Shown here piece by piece: positions 36,336-49,640 of a stretch of DNA of 64,000 nucleotides. The stretch is from Vicugna vicugna (taxonomy: Eukaryota). The notes beneath the pieces were generated by a model that was not told the origin of the DNA, did no database searches, and was given only the letters and a program-made list of their open reading frames with translations. The first letter of the stretch is position 1. Each line of letters opens with the position of its first letter. Both the position numbers and the translations under genes were made by a program. Location: NCBI GenBank assembly GCA_013265495.1, contig MU058213.1, positions 6,464,066-6,528,065 on the forward strand, in the 5' to 3' direction.

Positions 36336-37658
36336 ATGAAGATGACTTGGTGGAAGAAGAAATTCTGCCGGAGGCATCATCTGTGGGCTTTGGGCTGCTA
36401 TATGCTGCTGGCTCTTGTTGCTTTGAGACTTTCTCTCAGACTGAAATGTGACGTAGTTTCCCTGGATCTGGAGTCCAGGGACTTGCAAAGCCAGCACTGT
36501 AAGGACATCTTGTACAAGTCCCTGAAACTGCCAGCAAAGAGATCCATCAACTGTTCTGGGATCACCCGAGGGGACCAGGAAGCAGTGATCAAGGCTCTCC
36601 TGGACAACCTGGAGGTCAAGAAGAAGCGGGAGCCTTTCACAGACACTGACTACCTCAACATGACCAGGGATTGTGAGCAGTTTAAGGCCAAAAGGAGGTT
36701 CATACGGTTCCCACTGAGCAGAGAAGAATTAGACTTTCCCATCGCTTACTCTATGGTGGTCCATGAGAAGGTTGAAAACTTTGAAAGGCTGCTGCGAGCT
36801 GTGTATGCCCCTCAGAACATATACTGTGTCCACGTGGATGAGAAGTCCCCAGAAACTTTCAAAGAGGCAGTCAAGTCCATTATTTCATGCTTCCCGAATG
36901 TCTTCATGGCCAGTAAATTGGTTCGGGTGGTTTACGCCTCCTGGTCCAGGGTGCAGGCTGACCTGAACTGTATGGAAGACTTGCTCCGGAGCCCGGTGCC
37001 ATGGAAATACTTACTGAACACCTGCGGGACAGACTTTCCTATAAAGACCAATGCCGAGATGGTCCTGGCCCTCAAGATGTTGAATGGGAAGAACAGTATG
37101 GAGTCAGAGATACCTACTGAGTACAAAAAGACTCGCTGGAAATATCACTACGAAGTGACAGACACGTTGCAAGTAACCAACAAGATGAAGGACCCTCCCC
37201 CTGATAATTTACCTATGTTCACAGGGAATGCCTATATTGTGGCTTCTCGAGGCTTTATCCAACATGTCTTAGAGAACCCCAAATCCCAGCGGCTGATCGA
37301 ATGGGCCAAAGACACCTATAGCCCCGATGAACACCTCTGGGCTACCCTTCAGCGTGCACCATGGATGCCTGGCTCTGTTCCCTTCCACCCCAAGTTTCAC
37401 ATCTCAGACATGACGGCCATCGCCAGGCTGGTCAAGTGGCAAGACCACGAGGGAGACATCAGTATGGGGGCACCTTATGCCCCTTGCTCTGGAATCCACC
37501 AGCGGGCTGTCTGTGTTTATGGGGCTGGGGACCTGCACTGGATTCTCCAGAACCATCACCTCTTGGCTAACAAGTTTGACCCCAAGGTGGATGATAATGT
37601 TCTTCAGTGCTTAGAAGAGTATTTACGCTATAAGGCCATCTATGGGGCTGAACTCTGA
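36336..37658 (+). CDS. GCNT3: Beta-1,3-galactosyl-O-glycosyl-glycoprotein beta-1,6-N-acetylglucosaminyltransferase 3 (C2GnT-M / C2/4GnT), 440 aa
   Basis: Intact ORF with a type II membrane anchor and GT14 motifs ([43 protein letters not shown]). Exon acceptor ctaag| at 36284. Neighbours GTF2A2, as in other mammals. Confidence 0.98.
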   Translation: MKMTWWKKKFCRRHHLWALGCYMLLALVALRLSLRLKCDVVSLDLESRDLQSQHCKDILYKSLKLPAKRSINCSGITRGDQEAVIKALLDNLEVKKKREPFTDTDYLNMTRDCEQFKAKRRFIRFPLSREELDFPIAYSMVVHEKVENFERLLRAVYAPQNIYCVHVDEKSPETFKEAVKSIISCFPNVFMASKLVRVVYASWSRVQADLNCMEDLLRSPVPWKYLLNTCGTDFPIKTNAEMVLALKMLNGKNSMESEIPTEYKKTRWKYHYEVTDTLQVTNKMKDPPPDNLPMFTGNAYIVASRGFIQHVLENPKSQRLIEWAKDTYSPDEHLWATLQRAPWMPGSVPFHPKFHISDMTAIARLVKWQDHEGDISMGAPYAPCSGIHQRAVCVYGAGDLHWILQNHHLLANKFDPKVDDNVLQCLEEYLRYKAIYGAEL

Positions 37659-38087
37659 GATACACCTTGAGAGAACTGCTACCCGAGGGGCAGGAACAGA
37701 TGTAAACATGCCCAGGACGTGCTGGGACATTGTGGGGTGGAGACCGGGGCTCTGGAATCCGCGGCATCCCCCGGTGGAAGGGGACTGCTCTTGGAGTGTG
37801 GGTGAGTCGGTCTGTTGCCCTGCAGATGACTGCGCTGGGTGAATGCTGATTCTTCGCTCACCCCACTTCCAGTGGCTCCTCCACTGACTTTCTCAGAGTT
37901 GAGAATAAAACCAGCTACTTGGGTGAGTGAGGGAGGGAAGTGTGGCAGGAGACCCTGGATTTCAGCTGAATTCCTGGTGTCAGCTTTTCCACTCTTTGGA
38001 AATGCCATTCCTAGTAATTCTAGGCTTAGTAGAGGGGAGGGGATTTTGATGGAAAGAGAGCCTTCTATTTTGTACTATTAACTTAAA

Positions 38088-38093
38088 AATAAA
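38088..38093 (+). terminator. GCNT3: GCNT3 polyadenylation signal (distal); a proximal AATAAA is at 37904-37909
   Basis: AATAAA ~430 nt after the stop, followed by a T/GT-rich tract (ctgtactttttgtct). Confidence 0.65.
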
Positions 38094-40069
38094 TAGCTTC
38101 TCATTCAAATCCTTACCTGTACTTTTTGTCTAGTAAGCCAGAAGTAAGATAAAACTGAGACTTTCTCTCATAACTGTTGGTGACACTTAAGATCCCTCGA
38201 GGCTGGCCAGAGAATCCCATTGCTCCAGAATGATCATGGCAGGCTGCATAAGGGGCAGATTCAGAAGAACATGGAGGAACACAGCTGATTCGTTCATTAC
38301 TGAAATCCAGATTCATGACTTTAAGGGGGAAGGTGAGGTGATTTGACCAGTTTGGCCACCCATATCCTTACGGGAAAATTACAGCACTAATTTTGCCAGC
38401 TTCACAGCCAAAGCTTAATGTTCCATAACCAAGAATACAGTAACCATTACTAAGGTCACCATATAATTTATTGTTCAAACTGGAACAGATTTTAGTTGAG
38501 GGGCTGTAGTATTAATAATTACATTGGGTAACAAGAATAAACTAGGCCTGGTTATTCTGTCTTTATGCCTCTCGAGTCTAGACTCTTATTTAAGTATGTG
38601 AACGGAATGGTCAGTGTTCATGGTGTTGTGGCTTATACGTTTCCTTGGGGGGAGACAGTTTGTGTGCGTGCGTGCGTGTGTGCTCTCTGCCCCACCCTTC
38701 CATGCACCTGCCCAACAAATATTACCGAGTGAACCAGTTTCCTTTCTAAAGCTCCAGAGCTAATTGTCAGGTAATTGCAGGCAACTGGCTACTAGTCATT
38801 CTCTTCTGTGGTTGGAAAGAAGTCCTTTATAAACAGATGAGCATATCTTGTATATAGTAGAGCTGGTCTACATACAGTGTGCTCTGGAAAAGTGATTCAT
38901 ATCCAAAATAATTTGTGTAATTTGAATGACGTTCCCAATAATATGTCCTGATGTCATTAGTGTGTTTCATTCTGTGATTCAGTTAATCAGGTTTTCTCTC
39001 AACAATCCGCTTTCCCTGCAACCCATGTGCTCTGACTTAGTCGTCACTGTGTCTGACGCCTTGAATCTTCTAAGTCAGTGATTGCTCTTTGTCAGGTTGT
39101 GCTCCTTTGGTAATGGGCACTGCCACCACCAACTTCCCTGCACTGGCACACTGAGTCCTCCCCTGCTTGCTGTCAGCCCCACCACGGGGGCGACTAATGA
39201 CCAGTGATACTCTCAGCAGATGAGCCCTGCAAGGTCCGTTCCCAGCAGTGGCTGTGGACCTCTCTGCCCACTAGCCTCGGTCCTCCTCTGAGGGGGGCTG
39301 CCGGGGGCAGAAAAGCTTCTGAGTGCAGGTGTTCTGAGGAAAGAACGTGGGTCTTTGGGTTCATACTCAACTTTCTCTATATGTTTTGTGTGCAGTAAAA
39401 GAGAACTTTTTATAAAAACAAACTAAAAAGATTAAAATGTGAAGCTGTCACTTGGGGGAAGAAGTTGCAGGAATCCCCCAAGCATTGAAAGTTCCTCTAG
39501 AAATACATTCGGGTGAGTAGGAAGTACTCTTTGTTTAATAACAAATGTAAGGTCTTCGTATCAGAAGGGTCACATTTCTCCCCCGTTTGCTTAGTGTATT
39601 TTAGAAACCGTGCGATTAAACCAACACATCTGTTGATTTTTCCTTTCCTCTGCGTCATATCAGCTTCTTTAACCTTTTTCTGGAAAGGAAACATCTTATT
39701 AATGAAATGAGCAACTCTGTTTGTATTACTTCTCAAGGCTTGACTTTCCCCTTTATTTTTGATTTGTGGACTATGGGTGAATGTTGTTTTAATAACTATA
39801 TTTTCACATATTCTGCCTATTGTAATCTTTGCTCTTGATCGATTGAAAATTTAAGACAGAAATGAAAGGCAGTTAACCTTGTTTAGGAACAGATGACATA
39901 ATTTATTCGGGGAGATCAATTTTCCGGGTTAAAAAGGGAAAGAATAATTAAATCCATTACCTGCCTTACGTATCTGTTCCTTCTCGTTCCCTTTAGTCGA
40001 TCGCTCATCACAAAGCTAAGTGATGGCCCGCTTCTCTATGACGCTTGAGTGTATGACAAGCAACGAAGT

Positions 40070-41850
40070 AACTCATTCATCCATTCCACAAATACTGCCT
40101 AAGCTGTTAACATGTCCCAGGATTGTTCCTGACACTGGGGATAGTGCAGTCCATGAGACAGACAGGAATCCCCACGCTTATGTTGTTCACATACTGGTGG
40201 GAAAACAGCTCTAAGTAGATAAGTAATGCATATGCTTGTTAGAAGGAGACAGGTGCTAGAGCGAAATTGAAGGAAGTGATGGAGACCTTGGGAGAGTGGG
40301 GAGGGGAGGAAAATTTTAAATGGTGTGGTCAGGGAGGCCCTTACTGAAAGGGCGACATTTGAGTGAACATCTGAAGGAGATGCAGGAATGGTCCAGGAGG
40401 ATGAATGGGGGAAGAGCGTTCTAGGTCAGGAGGAGAGAGGTGTATGGCCCTGAAGCAGGAGCACACCTGCCATGTGTGAGGAACAGCAAGGAAGCTGGTG
40501 TAAATGGCGCAGAGCAAAGGAGGGAGGAGGAAGGATGAAGAGTGTGGGGTTGGGGTGATACTGTGAAGGCCCTGGTGACCCATTACATAGGTTTTTGTCT
40601 TCCCTGAGTGACACTTTAGGCCACTGGCAGGTTTCGAGCTGAGGACTGACATGATCTGATGAGCATTTTAATGCTCCGTTGAGGACAGACTGGGAGGCGA
40701 GGGTGAAAGCAGGGAGGCCAGTCAGGAGGTTGTGGTCATAATCTCAGCACTGATGATAGTGGTGTAAGCCAGGGCAGCAGCAGTAGACATGGTGAGAGTG
40801 GTCCAATCCTGGAAATGCTTGGAAGTTTGAGGGTTTGCTGACAGATTGAGTTTCTTTCTGAGAGCAGTGGAGGAGTCGAGAATGACTTCAAGGATTTTGC
40901 CCTGATGATAAGTTGGACGGACAGAGTTACCATTAACCAAGACATGGAAACTGCAAGAGTAGTTTCTTGAGGGGAGGATTAGGAGTTCGCTTTTGAACAT
41001 AGAACACTCGAGGTGCCTGTTAGACATCTAAGGAGAGATGCCGAGGAGATGAATGTGACAGGAGTCTGGGTTCAGGAGATAGATCTGGACTGGAGACACT
41101 TACCTGGTGTTCGTCATTTTGGAGATTGTGCAAAGCCGGGAAACTGGATGAGAATCCCAATGGAGTGAACACAGAGAAAAGAGGCTCCTAAATGAGTTTT
41201 GGGAGCTCTCCAAAATGCAGAGGTCACAGAGGTGAGGAGGAACCGACAAGAGAAAGTGGGAAAGGAGTGACTAGCGTAGTAGAAGGAAAACAGTATGTAG
41301 TATTCTAGAAGCCTAAAGGAGAGTGATTTGGCAAAGAGGAAGTTGATGACTATGGCCAAAACTTGAGAATCACATAAGATGAGGAGGAGGAAGTGATTAT
41401 GGCATTTAACAATGTGGAGGTGACCTTGATAAGATCAGCTTCTGTGCAGCGTGGAGGTGAGAACACAGCTGGAGGTGGTTCAAAGAGAATGTGAGAACAA
41501 AGCTGGATTCAACAAGTATAGACAACTTTTGAGTCTTACGCTCCTTTGCTTGGCTTAAAGCAAAAGTACAGTAATTGAAGGTTGTTTGTCTTAAAAATTA
41601 GAAAAGTGATAGCATGTTTGTAGGTTGATGGCAAGGATCGAGTCAAGAGGAAAAAGTGAAGGAATGAGACAGGATACTTGAAAGAGTGACTCTTGGTGAA
41701 GAAGACGTGGTAATGATGTAGTTCATGGGAGAAAGGGCCTGTCTGATGGAAGTGTGAACGACAGTTTGCCCACAGTAACAGGAGTGAAGGCAGGGTCGGT
41801 GGGCTCACATGCACATAGATGGGTCAATGTGGTGGTTTGTGGAATTCTAT
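40070..41850 (-). mobile_element. L2 LINE fragment
   Basis: cattcatccattccacaaata 3' end and a long purine-rich L2 body (ggaggccagtcaggaggttg..gaatgacttcaagg..ttttgaacat). Confidence 0.8.
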
Positions 41851-42073
41851 TTTTCTTTTTTAACTAACATTTTATCTTAGGTATAATATCCATGTAGAAA
41901 AGTACAAAAATCACAAGTATATAGCTCAATAATTTTTACAAAGTGAACAAACCTGTGTAACTAGAACCCAGATCAAGAAACAGAGCATTAGCAGCCACGC
42001 AGAGGGCTCCTGTGTTCCTTCCAGATTACTCCCCGAGCTGCGGTGAAGATAACCACTGTCCTGACACTGACAC

Positions 42074-42682
42074 TGAGCGGAACCAGCGGGGCCCTCCTGG
42101 GTATAAGCCATTCCATGTCCCCGGTTCTTGTTGATCGAAAAAGCTTTCCTTTCCTAGGCCTTCTTGAAGTTCCCAAAAGCGGACTCAAACAGTTAATGAT
42201 CGGAGAAGTGGAAAATGCAGGAGCAAAGGAAAGAGCTTGGAAAACAGTCACAGGACTCCTAGTTCATCCCAAAGGAATCTAGATAACAACCTAACACATA
42301 TCTTGGAGTTGTTCTGCAGAAACTGAGACCCCTCCATTTGGTGCATCACAAGCTCATAGACCCCAGACTGGCTGGAACCAGAAGATTGATGATTAAGATT
42401 CCCCAAACCTCACCCTGTTGCCTTTCCACCAGCCAATCAGGAAGAATGTCCATGAGCTGACCATGCATCCTGTGACCCCTAATGTTGCCTTTAAAAATTT
42501 TTACCCAAAAGCCATTGGGGAGTTTGGGTCTTTTGACCCAAGCATTAGCTTCCTGTTCTCCTTGCTTGGCACCCTGCAAATAAATACTGTACTTGACGTT
42601 ATGGCAATCTGCTGTTAGTAGATTGGGTTTGCTGCTTACAAAATGGTGAGTGGTGAGTGGGCCTGAGTTCAGTCCAGTAACT
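42074..42682 (+). mobile_element. ERV1-class solo LTR inserted in an old L1M
   Basis: TSD ACAC at 42070-42073 and 42683-42686; CCAAT, and AATAAA near 42579; L1M text resumes after the element. Confidence 0.8.
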
Positions 42683-43771
42683 ACACCATAGATTCTTTTG
42701 CCTGTTTTTGATTTTTTTTTGAAAGTACTGTGTTCCCTTTTGTTTATGGCTCCTTAAACTCGCCAATATGAGTTTCATCTAGGTTGTGTGTAGGAACAGC
42801 ACAATGATTTTCACTGGTGTGTAATATTCCACCTATGAAGCTACCATAGTTTACTCATCCTATTGCTGATGAACGTTTGGGTTGTTTTCAGCTTTGAGCC
42901 ATTATGAATTGTGCTCCTATGAACCTTCTTGAAATGTTTTAAAGAGAACATATGTATACCTTTCAATTGGGTAGATGTGTAGGAGTGAAGTTGCTGGGCC
43001 ATAATGTATACACATGTTTGCCTTTAGTAAATACTGTCCTATAATTTCTACATGATCTGCCAGTTTAACTCCTGCCAGCAAGGTGTGAGAGTTCCATGTG
43101 CTCCATTTCCTTGCTGGTATTAGTATCTGTGTTTTGTCATTTTAATTATTCTGGTGGCTGTTGGTGGTATCAGAGTGCTGATTTAATCTGTATTTCCCTA
43201 ATGACTGATGATGTTAAGTAGCTTTTCATATGCTTATTAGCCATTTGGATATCCTGGAAGTTCTCCTTTTATTACCTTTATTTTGTTCAGTGAAATAAAG
43301 AGCAAGATGATTTTATGAGATGTGTATGGGAGAAGAGATATTGGAGGTTTGGAAAGAGGAAAAGATATAAATAATTGTTGCAGAATGGAAAGTGGAAAAG
43401 AAGCCAGACCAAGGGAAGAAATAATAATGCCTGGCAGCATTAAGGACCCACTGACATTAGGGAAAGTGAGTCTAAAAAGATACCAGCCACTCATCCACGT
43501 TCACCTGCAAGAGTGCAGGCGTACTGTAGGATTTAATCAGTTTTATCATTTATCCCAGCAAGTATGAGAGAGGGGCAAAGAAGTTCAGGTTGTGTTAAAG
43601 GGAGTGCTCATAATTATGGACCATGGAGTTCTATCTGGGTGAGGTGGGGAGGGGAGAGGTCGATGATGGGACGATATAAGGGGTATACTGGCGTGCCATG
43701 TCTGTGATGTGTTGGGATTGCTTTGAAGTGAGGCATTAGTTCTATTTCAAGGAGTCAATTAAAGATCTATA

Positions 43772-44741
43772 ATAACAGCTCACACAATTTAATAACAACA
43801 ACAAAAAAACCCCCAAACAACCCAGTGCAAAAATGGGCAGAAGACCTGAGCAGGCAATTCTCCAGTGGAGACATACAAATGGCCAATTGGCACATGAAAA
43901 AGTGCTCAGTATCGCTAATAATCAGAGAAATGCAAATCAAAACTACAATGAGGTGTCACCTCACACCAGTCAGAATGGCCACCATTTAAAAGTCCACAAA
44001 CGATAAATGCTGGAGAGGCTGTGGAGAAAAGGGAACCCTCCTACACTGCTGGTGGGAATGCAGTTTGGTGCAGCCACTGTGGAAAACAGTATGGGGATTC
44101 CCCAAAAGACTGAAAATAGACTTACCATATGACCCAGCAATCCCACTGCTGGGCACGTATCCGGAGGGAAGTCTAATTCGAAAAGATACACGCACCCTAA
44201 TGTTCATAGCAGCACTGTATGCAATAGCCAAGATATGAAGCAACCTAAATGTCCATCGACAGATGACCAGATAAAGAAGTTTTGGTATATTTATGCAATG
44301 GAATACTACTTAGCTTTAAAAAATAATAAAATTATGCCATTTGCAGCAACATGGATGGACCTAGAGATCGTCACTCTAAGTGAAGTAAGCCAGAAAGAGT
44401 AAGAAAAATACCATATGAGATCACTCATATGTGGAATCTAAAAAAAAAGACACTATGAACTCTTCTACAAAACAGAAACAGATAATCTTACGGTTACTGG
44501 AGAAAGGGGATGGGAAGGGATAAATTTGGGAGTTTGAGATTTGCAAATGTTGGCCACTATATATATAAATAGATTTTAAAAATGTCTTCTGTATAACACA
44601 AGGAACTATATTCAATATTTTATAATAACCTTTAATGAGAATGTGAAAACGAATATATGTATGTGTGTGCATAACTGGGACATCGTGCTGTACACCAGAA
44701 ATGGACACATTGTAACTGACTGTACTTAAATAAGAAAAAAA
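43772..44741 (+). mobile_element. Young L1, 5'-truncated
   Basis: ORF2 C-terminus, 3' UTR and A tail; TSD aaagatctata at 43761-43771 and 44742-44752. Confidence 0.95.
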
Positions 44742-46142
44742 AAAGATCTATAGAAACAGTTACATTTGAACTGGGCCATGGAGTTCACCAAATGATGGAA
44801 GTGCTGAAGGGTTTTCCAGGTAGGCAAATGGGATTACTAAATGCGTGAAAACACAGGGTGTGTTCGGGGAACTGACCTTAGTGTCTTGTAGCTAAAGAGG
44901 AGGCAGCTGGAAATGGGGGCAGGTGAAGGTGAGCCTAGAATATGGCCAGGCTGCTGAAAACCCCTGTTCTGCTTCAACCTTGTCAAGCAGTTCGGACTTT
45001 ATCCGTAAGTAATGAGGATCTGTAGAAGATATTTTTAAAAGAAATAAAGATTTTTTAAAAAAGAAACTTTAATATGGAAGTCTTCAAACATACACAAAAG
45101 GCAGACAGGATGGCGTCCTGAAACTCCCAGGGAGCTGTCATCCAGTTTCAGCAACTCCCACCTCCTGACCAGTCTTGTTTTATCTACACTTATTAACTCT
45201 CCAGCCCCAACTGGGCTATTTTGAAGTAAATCCCATATATCATATTTTTTCATTCATTTATTCTTCAGTATGTATCCCTAAATTAAGATTAGTAATAGAT
45301 ATTTTAAAAAGTCAGCCAACTGTACCATACCTAAAATAGTATCAATTCCTTAATTTAATCAAATTCCAAATGGTTTTTAATTTCCCCCATTGTGTCATAT
45401 TGGGTTCTGCAGTGGATTATTTGACACTTTGGATTGGTAAATCTCTCACATCTCTTAATTATAGGTTCTTTTTTTTTTTTTTGGCAATTTGTTGAATAAG
45501 CTAGGTTTTTTTTCCAAGAGTTCCCCATATTTGAATTCTGCTAATAGGATCCCAACAGTATTATTTACCATATTCCTCTCTCCCCAGTACTTCTTGTAAA
45601 CTGGTACTTCGATTTAGAAGCTTCAGATTCAGGTTTGAATTTTTGTCAAGAAAATTTCATGGTAGGTATTTTGTATTTCCTTTCGCATCACATCAGGAGG
45701 TACATATATCTGTTTTGTCTTTGGTTTTTCTTTCTTTCTTTCTTTCTTTTAATGTTGGGATTGAACTGTGGAATTTGGAAGTTGTAAGCTTGCTTATAAA
45801 TTTACCATAACCTTTCAAGTAACCATTTTAGTAGCCATTGATTATCATTGCTTAGTTCTATTATTTCATAACAAATTGAAAAATGGTGGTATCCTGATTC
45901 TACAAATCCTTCATTTAAAATTTTTTATAAAACAAAACTTCACCTTATCAACTGTATTGTTACTCTGAAGTACAGCTGTTTCCTTTTATCAGTTTTCAGA
46001 ACAATGAATTGATTACCAATGTCAAATGAATTTATGTGTATTCATTTTTAACTCTAGAATTGTCTAAACACATAATTTATACGGTGTGGTTCACTGTAAC
46101 TGTTATTTTGATGATGCTCAAAATGCTTCATCTTTGGCTAAT

Positions 46143-46610
46143 GTGTTTTCCTATCACTGCTGTACCAAATTCTCACAAATTTAGTAGCTTAAAATAGCAG
46201 AAATGTATTGTTTTCACAGTTCTGGAGGCCAGGAGTCCAAAATCTGTTTTACTGGGCCAAAGTCAAGGTGTTGGCAGGGCCAAGTTTCCTCTGGAGATTT
46301 TAGGGGAGAATCTGTTCCTTGTCTTCTAGCTTATGGTGGTTGCCGCATTCCTTGGCTTATAGTCCCATCACTCCAATCTGTACCTCCACGGTCATGCTAC
46401 TTCACTTTCTCCTGTATGTCAAATCTCCTTTTGCATCCTTCTCATAAAGATACATGGGATTGCATTTAGGACCCATGTTATCCTATACTTGGGCCACCCC
46501 AGGATTTTCAATCACATTTGCAAATACTTTTTTTGCCACCTAAGGAAATGTTTGCACATTCCAGGGATGAGAACCTGGTGTCTTTGGGGGCTATTATTCA
46601 GGCTACTGTA
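46143..46610 (-). mobile_element. MLT1 (MaLR) LTR
   Basis: ctgctgtaccaaattctcacaaatttagtagcttaaaa..cacagttctggaggccaggagtcc..tcaaggtgttggcaggg. Confidence 0.85.
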
Positions 46611-47849
46611 GCCATGGAGAGCCATTTAAAGTTGGCTCAACTTAGTTTTCATCAAATTTGGAAAATCTTGGCTTTTTCCTCAAAATATTTTCCCCTTCCT
46701 TCTTGAGGGGTGCATGTGAAGTGTTGCGGGGTGGCGATATGTAGAGATTTCCACTTGATACAATTCTGCATGTCACTGATGCTCTGTTTTCTCCAGTGCT
46801 GTCTCTATGCTATATTTTGGATAGGTATATTGTAGTATATTTTGGATAGACTTTATTGCGAGATCTTCAATTTCACTTTTTTTTTCTGCATTGTCTAATC
46901 TGTTAATTTATGTAGCTAAATTTGCATTGCACCTATTTTTTATTTCTAGAAGTTCTTTGTTATTTTAAAGAATATTTTCCATTTGTCACGTTTTAAATAC
47001 TTGTACAAAATCCGGTTTTAATATCGCTATCTGCTGCCGCTATGTTCCCTGTCATTTCCGGGCCTTTCCCTATTGACTGTCTTTTCTCCTAGTTACGTTC
47101 CACTTTCTGCTTCTTGGCATGTCTAGTATTTTTTTTTTTTTTTAGATGTAGGACATTGTGGGTGCTATGTTGTGAGAATCTGGATTTTATTTACTTAACA
47201 GAATATTTAACTTTGTTTTGGCAGTTATTTGCAGATCAGTTTGATTTCCTCGAATTCTGCTTTCACCTTTGCTAGGGTGGGTTTAAGCTAAAGTAGCTTT
47301 CACTCTGTTTTGGCTTCCTACTGAGGCATGACCCCTCGGTGGTCTCGCTCCCTATAGTATACCCTGGGTGATGACTGAGAACTCTTCACGCTGGTTTCCC
47401 ATCCTGTGTGAGCACCGGGAATTGCGGTTTGCCATGAATTCCCTAGTTACTTGGTTTTGTAGAGTTGACCCTCTACTCACGTGCAGCCGAGTACCCAGCG
47501 AAGAGTCTAGGGGACCCCTGTTTTGATTCCTTTCTGGAACTCGGCAATTTTCAACCACCTCAACTTCCCCAAACTCTGATCTCAGTGTCTCCTCATCTCA
47601 GCAAGGTTGCCAGGCTCTGTCTGGGCATCCCTTTCCCTGGGTCTGTAGGCTGGATATTGCCTCCGTGCAGAGAGCTGGATGATTATATAGCCTCCCCACC
47701 TCCCCGGGATTACAGCCTTGTGCTGCCTGTTGTCTAATGTCTGGAAAACAGTTTCCATACGTGTTGTCCGCTTCTCTAGTTGTTTATGGAAAGAAGTCCC
47801 ATTGTTGTTACTCTGGCATGACTTAGAGATGTCTCTGAAGACGGCAACC

Positions 47850-49640
47850 TTTTTTTAAAAAAACTGAGATAAAATTGGCATAAACATTGTATTAGTTTTA
47901 GGTATACAAAATGAGGATTTTATGTATATACTGCAAAATGATTACAATATTAATATCTAATTTTTTTTTCTTGTGATGAGAACTTTTAAGATCTACTCTC
48001 TTAGCAACTTTTAAATCAGCTGACCCTTGAATGACACATGGGTCAGGGCTGCTGACTCTATATAGTCGAAAAATGCATGCATAACTTATAGTTGGCCCTC
48101 TGTATATTCGGTCCTTCTGTACCTGTGGTTCTGCATCCATTGATTCAATCTACTGCAAACTATGTTGTGCTGTAGTATTTACTATTGAAAAACATCTGTG
48201 TATTAGTAAGTGGACTCACACAGTTCAGGGTCATCTGTAAATAGAGTGTTGTCAACTGTAGTCGCTGTGCTGTACATTGCATTGCCAAGGCTCAGTTATC
48301 TTGTAATCGGAAGTTCGTACCATTTGACCACCATCACTCATTTTGCTCACCCCATCACCACCTGCCTCTGGCCACAGCCAATCCTTTCTCTGTATTTGAG
48401 TTGTTTACTTTAGATTCTACGTATAAATGAGATCTTACAGTATCTGTCTTTCTCTAACTTATTTCACTTAGCATAATGCCCTCAAGATCCATCTGTGTTG
48501 TTGCAAATGACAGGATTCTTAAAAAATGGCTGAATAATATTCTGCATGCCCACCTCACCCTCCTCATAGATAACGTATTTTCTTTATCCATTCACCCATC
48601 AGTGGACACAGGTTATTTTCATGTCTTGGCTATTGTAAATAAGGCTGCAGTGAACATGGGTACAGATATATTTTCAACATAGGGATTTTATTTCCTTCAC
48701 ATAAATATCCAGAAGTGGAATTGCTCAATGGTATGGTCACTTTATTGAGGAATCTCCACACTGTTTTCCATAATGGTTGCACCAATGTGCACTCCCAGCA
48801 ACAGTGCTCAGCGGTTCCCTGTTCTGCGCACCCTTGCCAGTGCTGCTTATTTGGTTTTTTGATAGTAGCCGTTCTAACAGATGTGAAGTGGTATCTTAAC
48901 GTGGTTTTGATTTGCATTTCCCTCATGATTACTGATGCTGAGCATCTTTTCATGCAACTGTTGTCCATCTGAATGTCATCTTTGGAAGAATGTCTATTCA
49001 GATCCTCTGCCCATTGTTTTAATCAGGTTTTTTGTTTTATTTTGTTTTTTGCTTTTGGGCTGTATGAGTTCTTTATATATTTTGGATACGAACTCCTTAT
49101 CAGATACATGATGTGCAAATGTTTCCCATCCTATAGTTTGCCCTTTAATTTTCTTGATGGTTTCCTTTGCTGTGCAGCTTTTTAGTTTGATGTAGTTTTA
49201 CTCGTTTATTTTTGCTTTTGGCGTCAAATACAAAGAAAAAAATCTTTGCCAAGACTGATGTCAAGGAGCTTACAGGTAAGTTTTCCTCTACTTTCAGCAC
49301 TTCAGGTTTATATCCAAGTTGTCAGTCCACTGTGAGTTAATTTTTGTGTATGGTGTAATGCAGTGATCCAGTTTTCCCAGCAGTAAAACTTACTGACACC
49401 ACTGTCCTTTCTCCATCATGTATTCTTGCCTCCCTCTGTCATAAATTGATCATATATGTATGGACTTATTTCTGGGCTCTGTATTCTGTTCTACTCACCT
49501 GTTTCTGTTTTTATGCCAGTATAACATACTGTTTTGATTACTCTAACTTTGTAATATAGTCAGAAATCAGGAAGCATGATGCCTCCAGCTTAGTTCTTTT
49601 CAAGATTGCTTTGGCTACTCAGGGAGTTTTGTGGTTCATC
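47850..49640 (-). mobile_element. L1 (L1MA-like) ORF2 3' part and 3' UTR
   Basis: ORF 48630-48968 ([24 protein letters not shown]). Confidence 0.9.
48017..48237 (+). mobile_element. MER8-like MITE nested in the L1
   Basis: TIRs cagctgacccttgaa ... ttcagggtcatctg. Confidence 0.8.

Noticed and set aside
36336..37658. Possible integrated herpesviral Bo17 gene
   Set aside because: Host splice sites, upstream exons and GTF2A2 synteny show this is cellular GCNT3.
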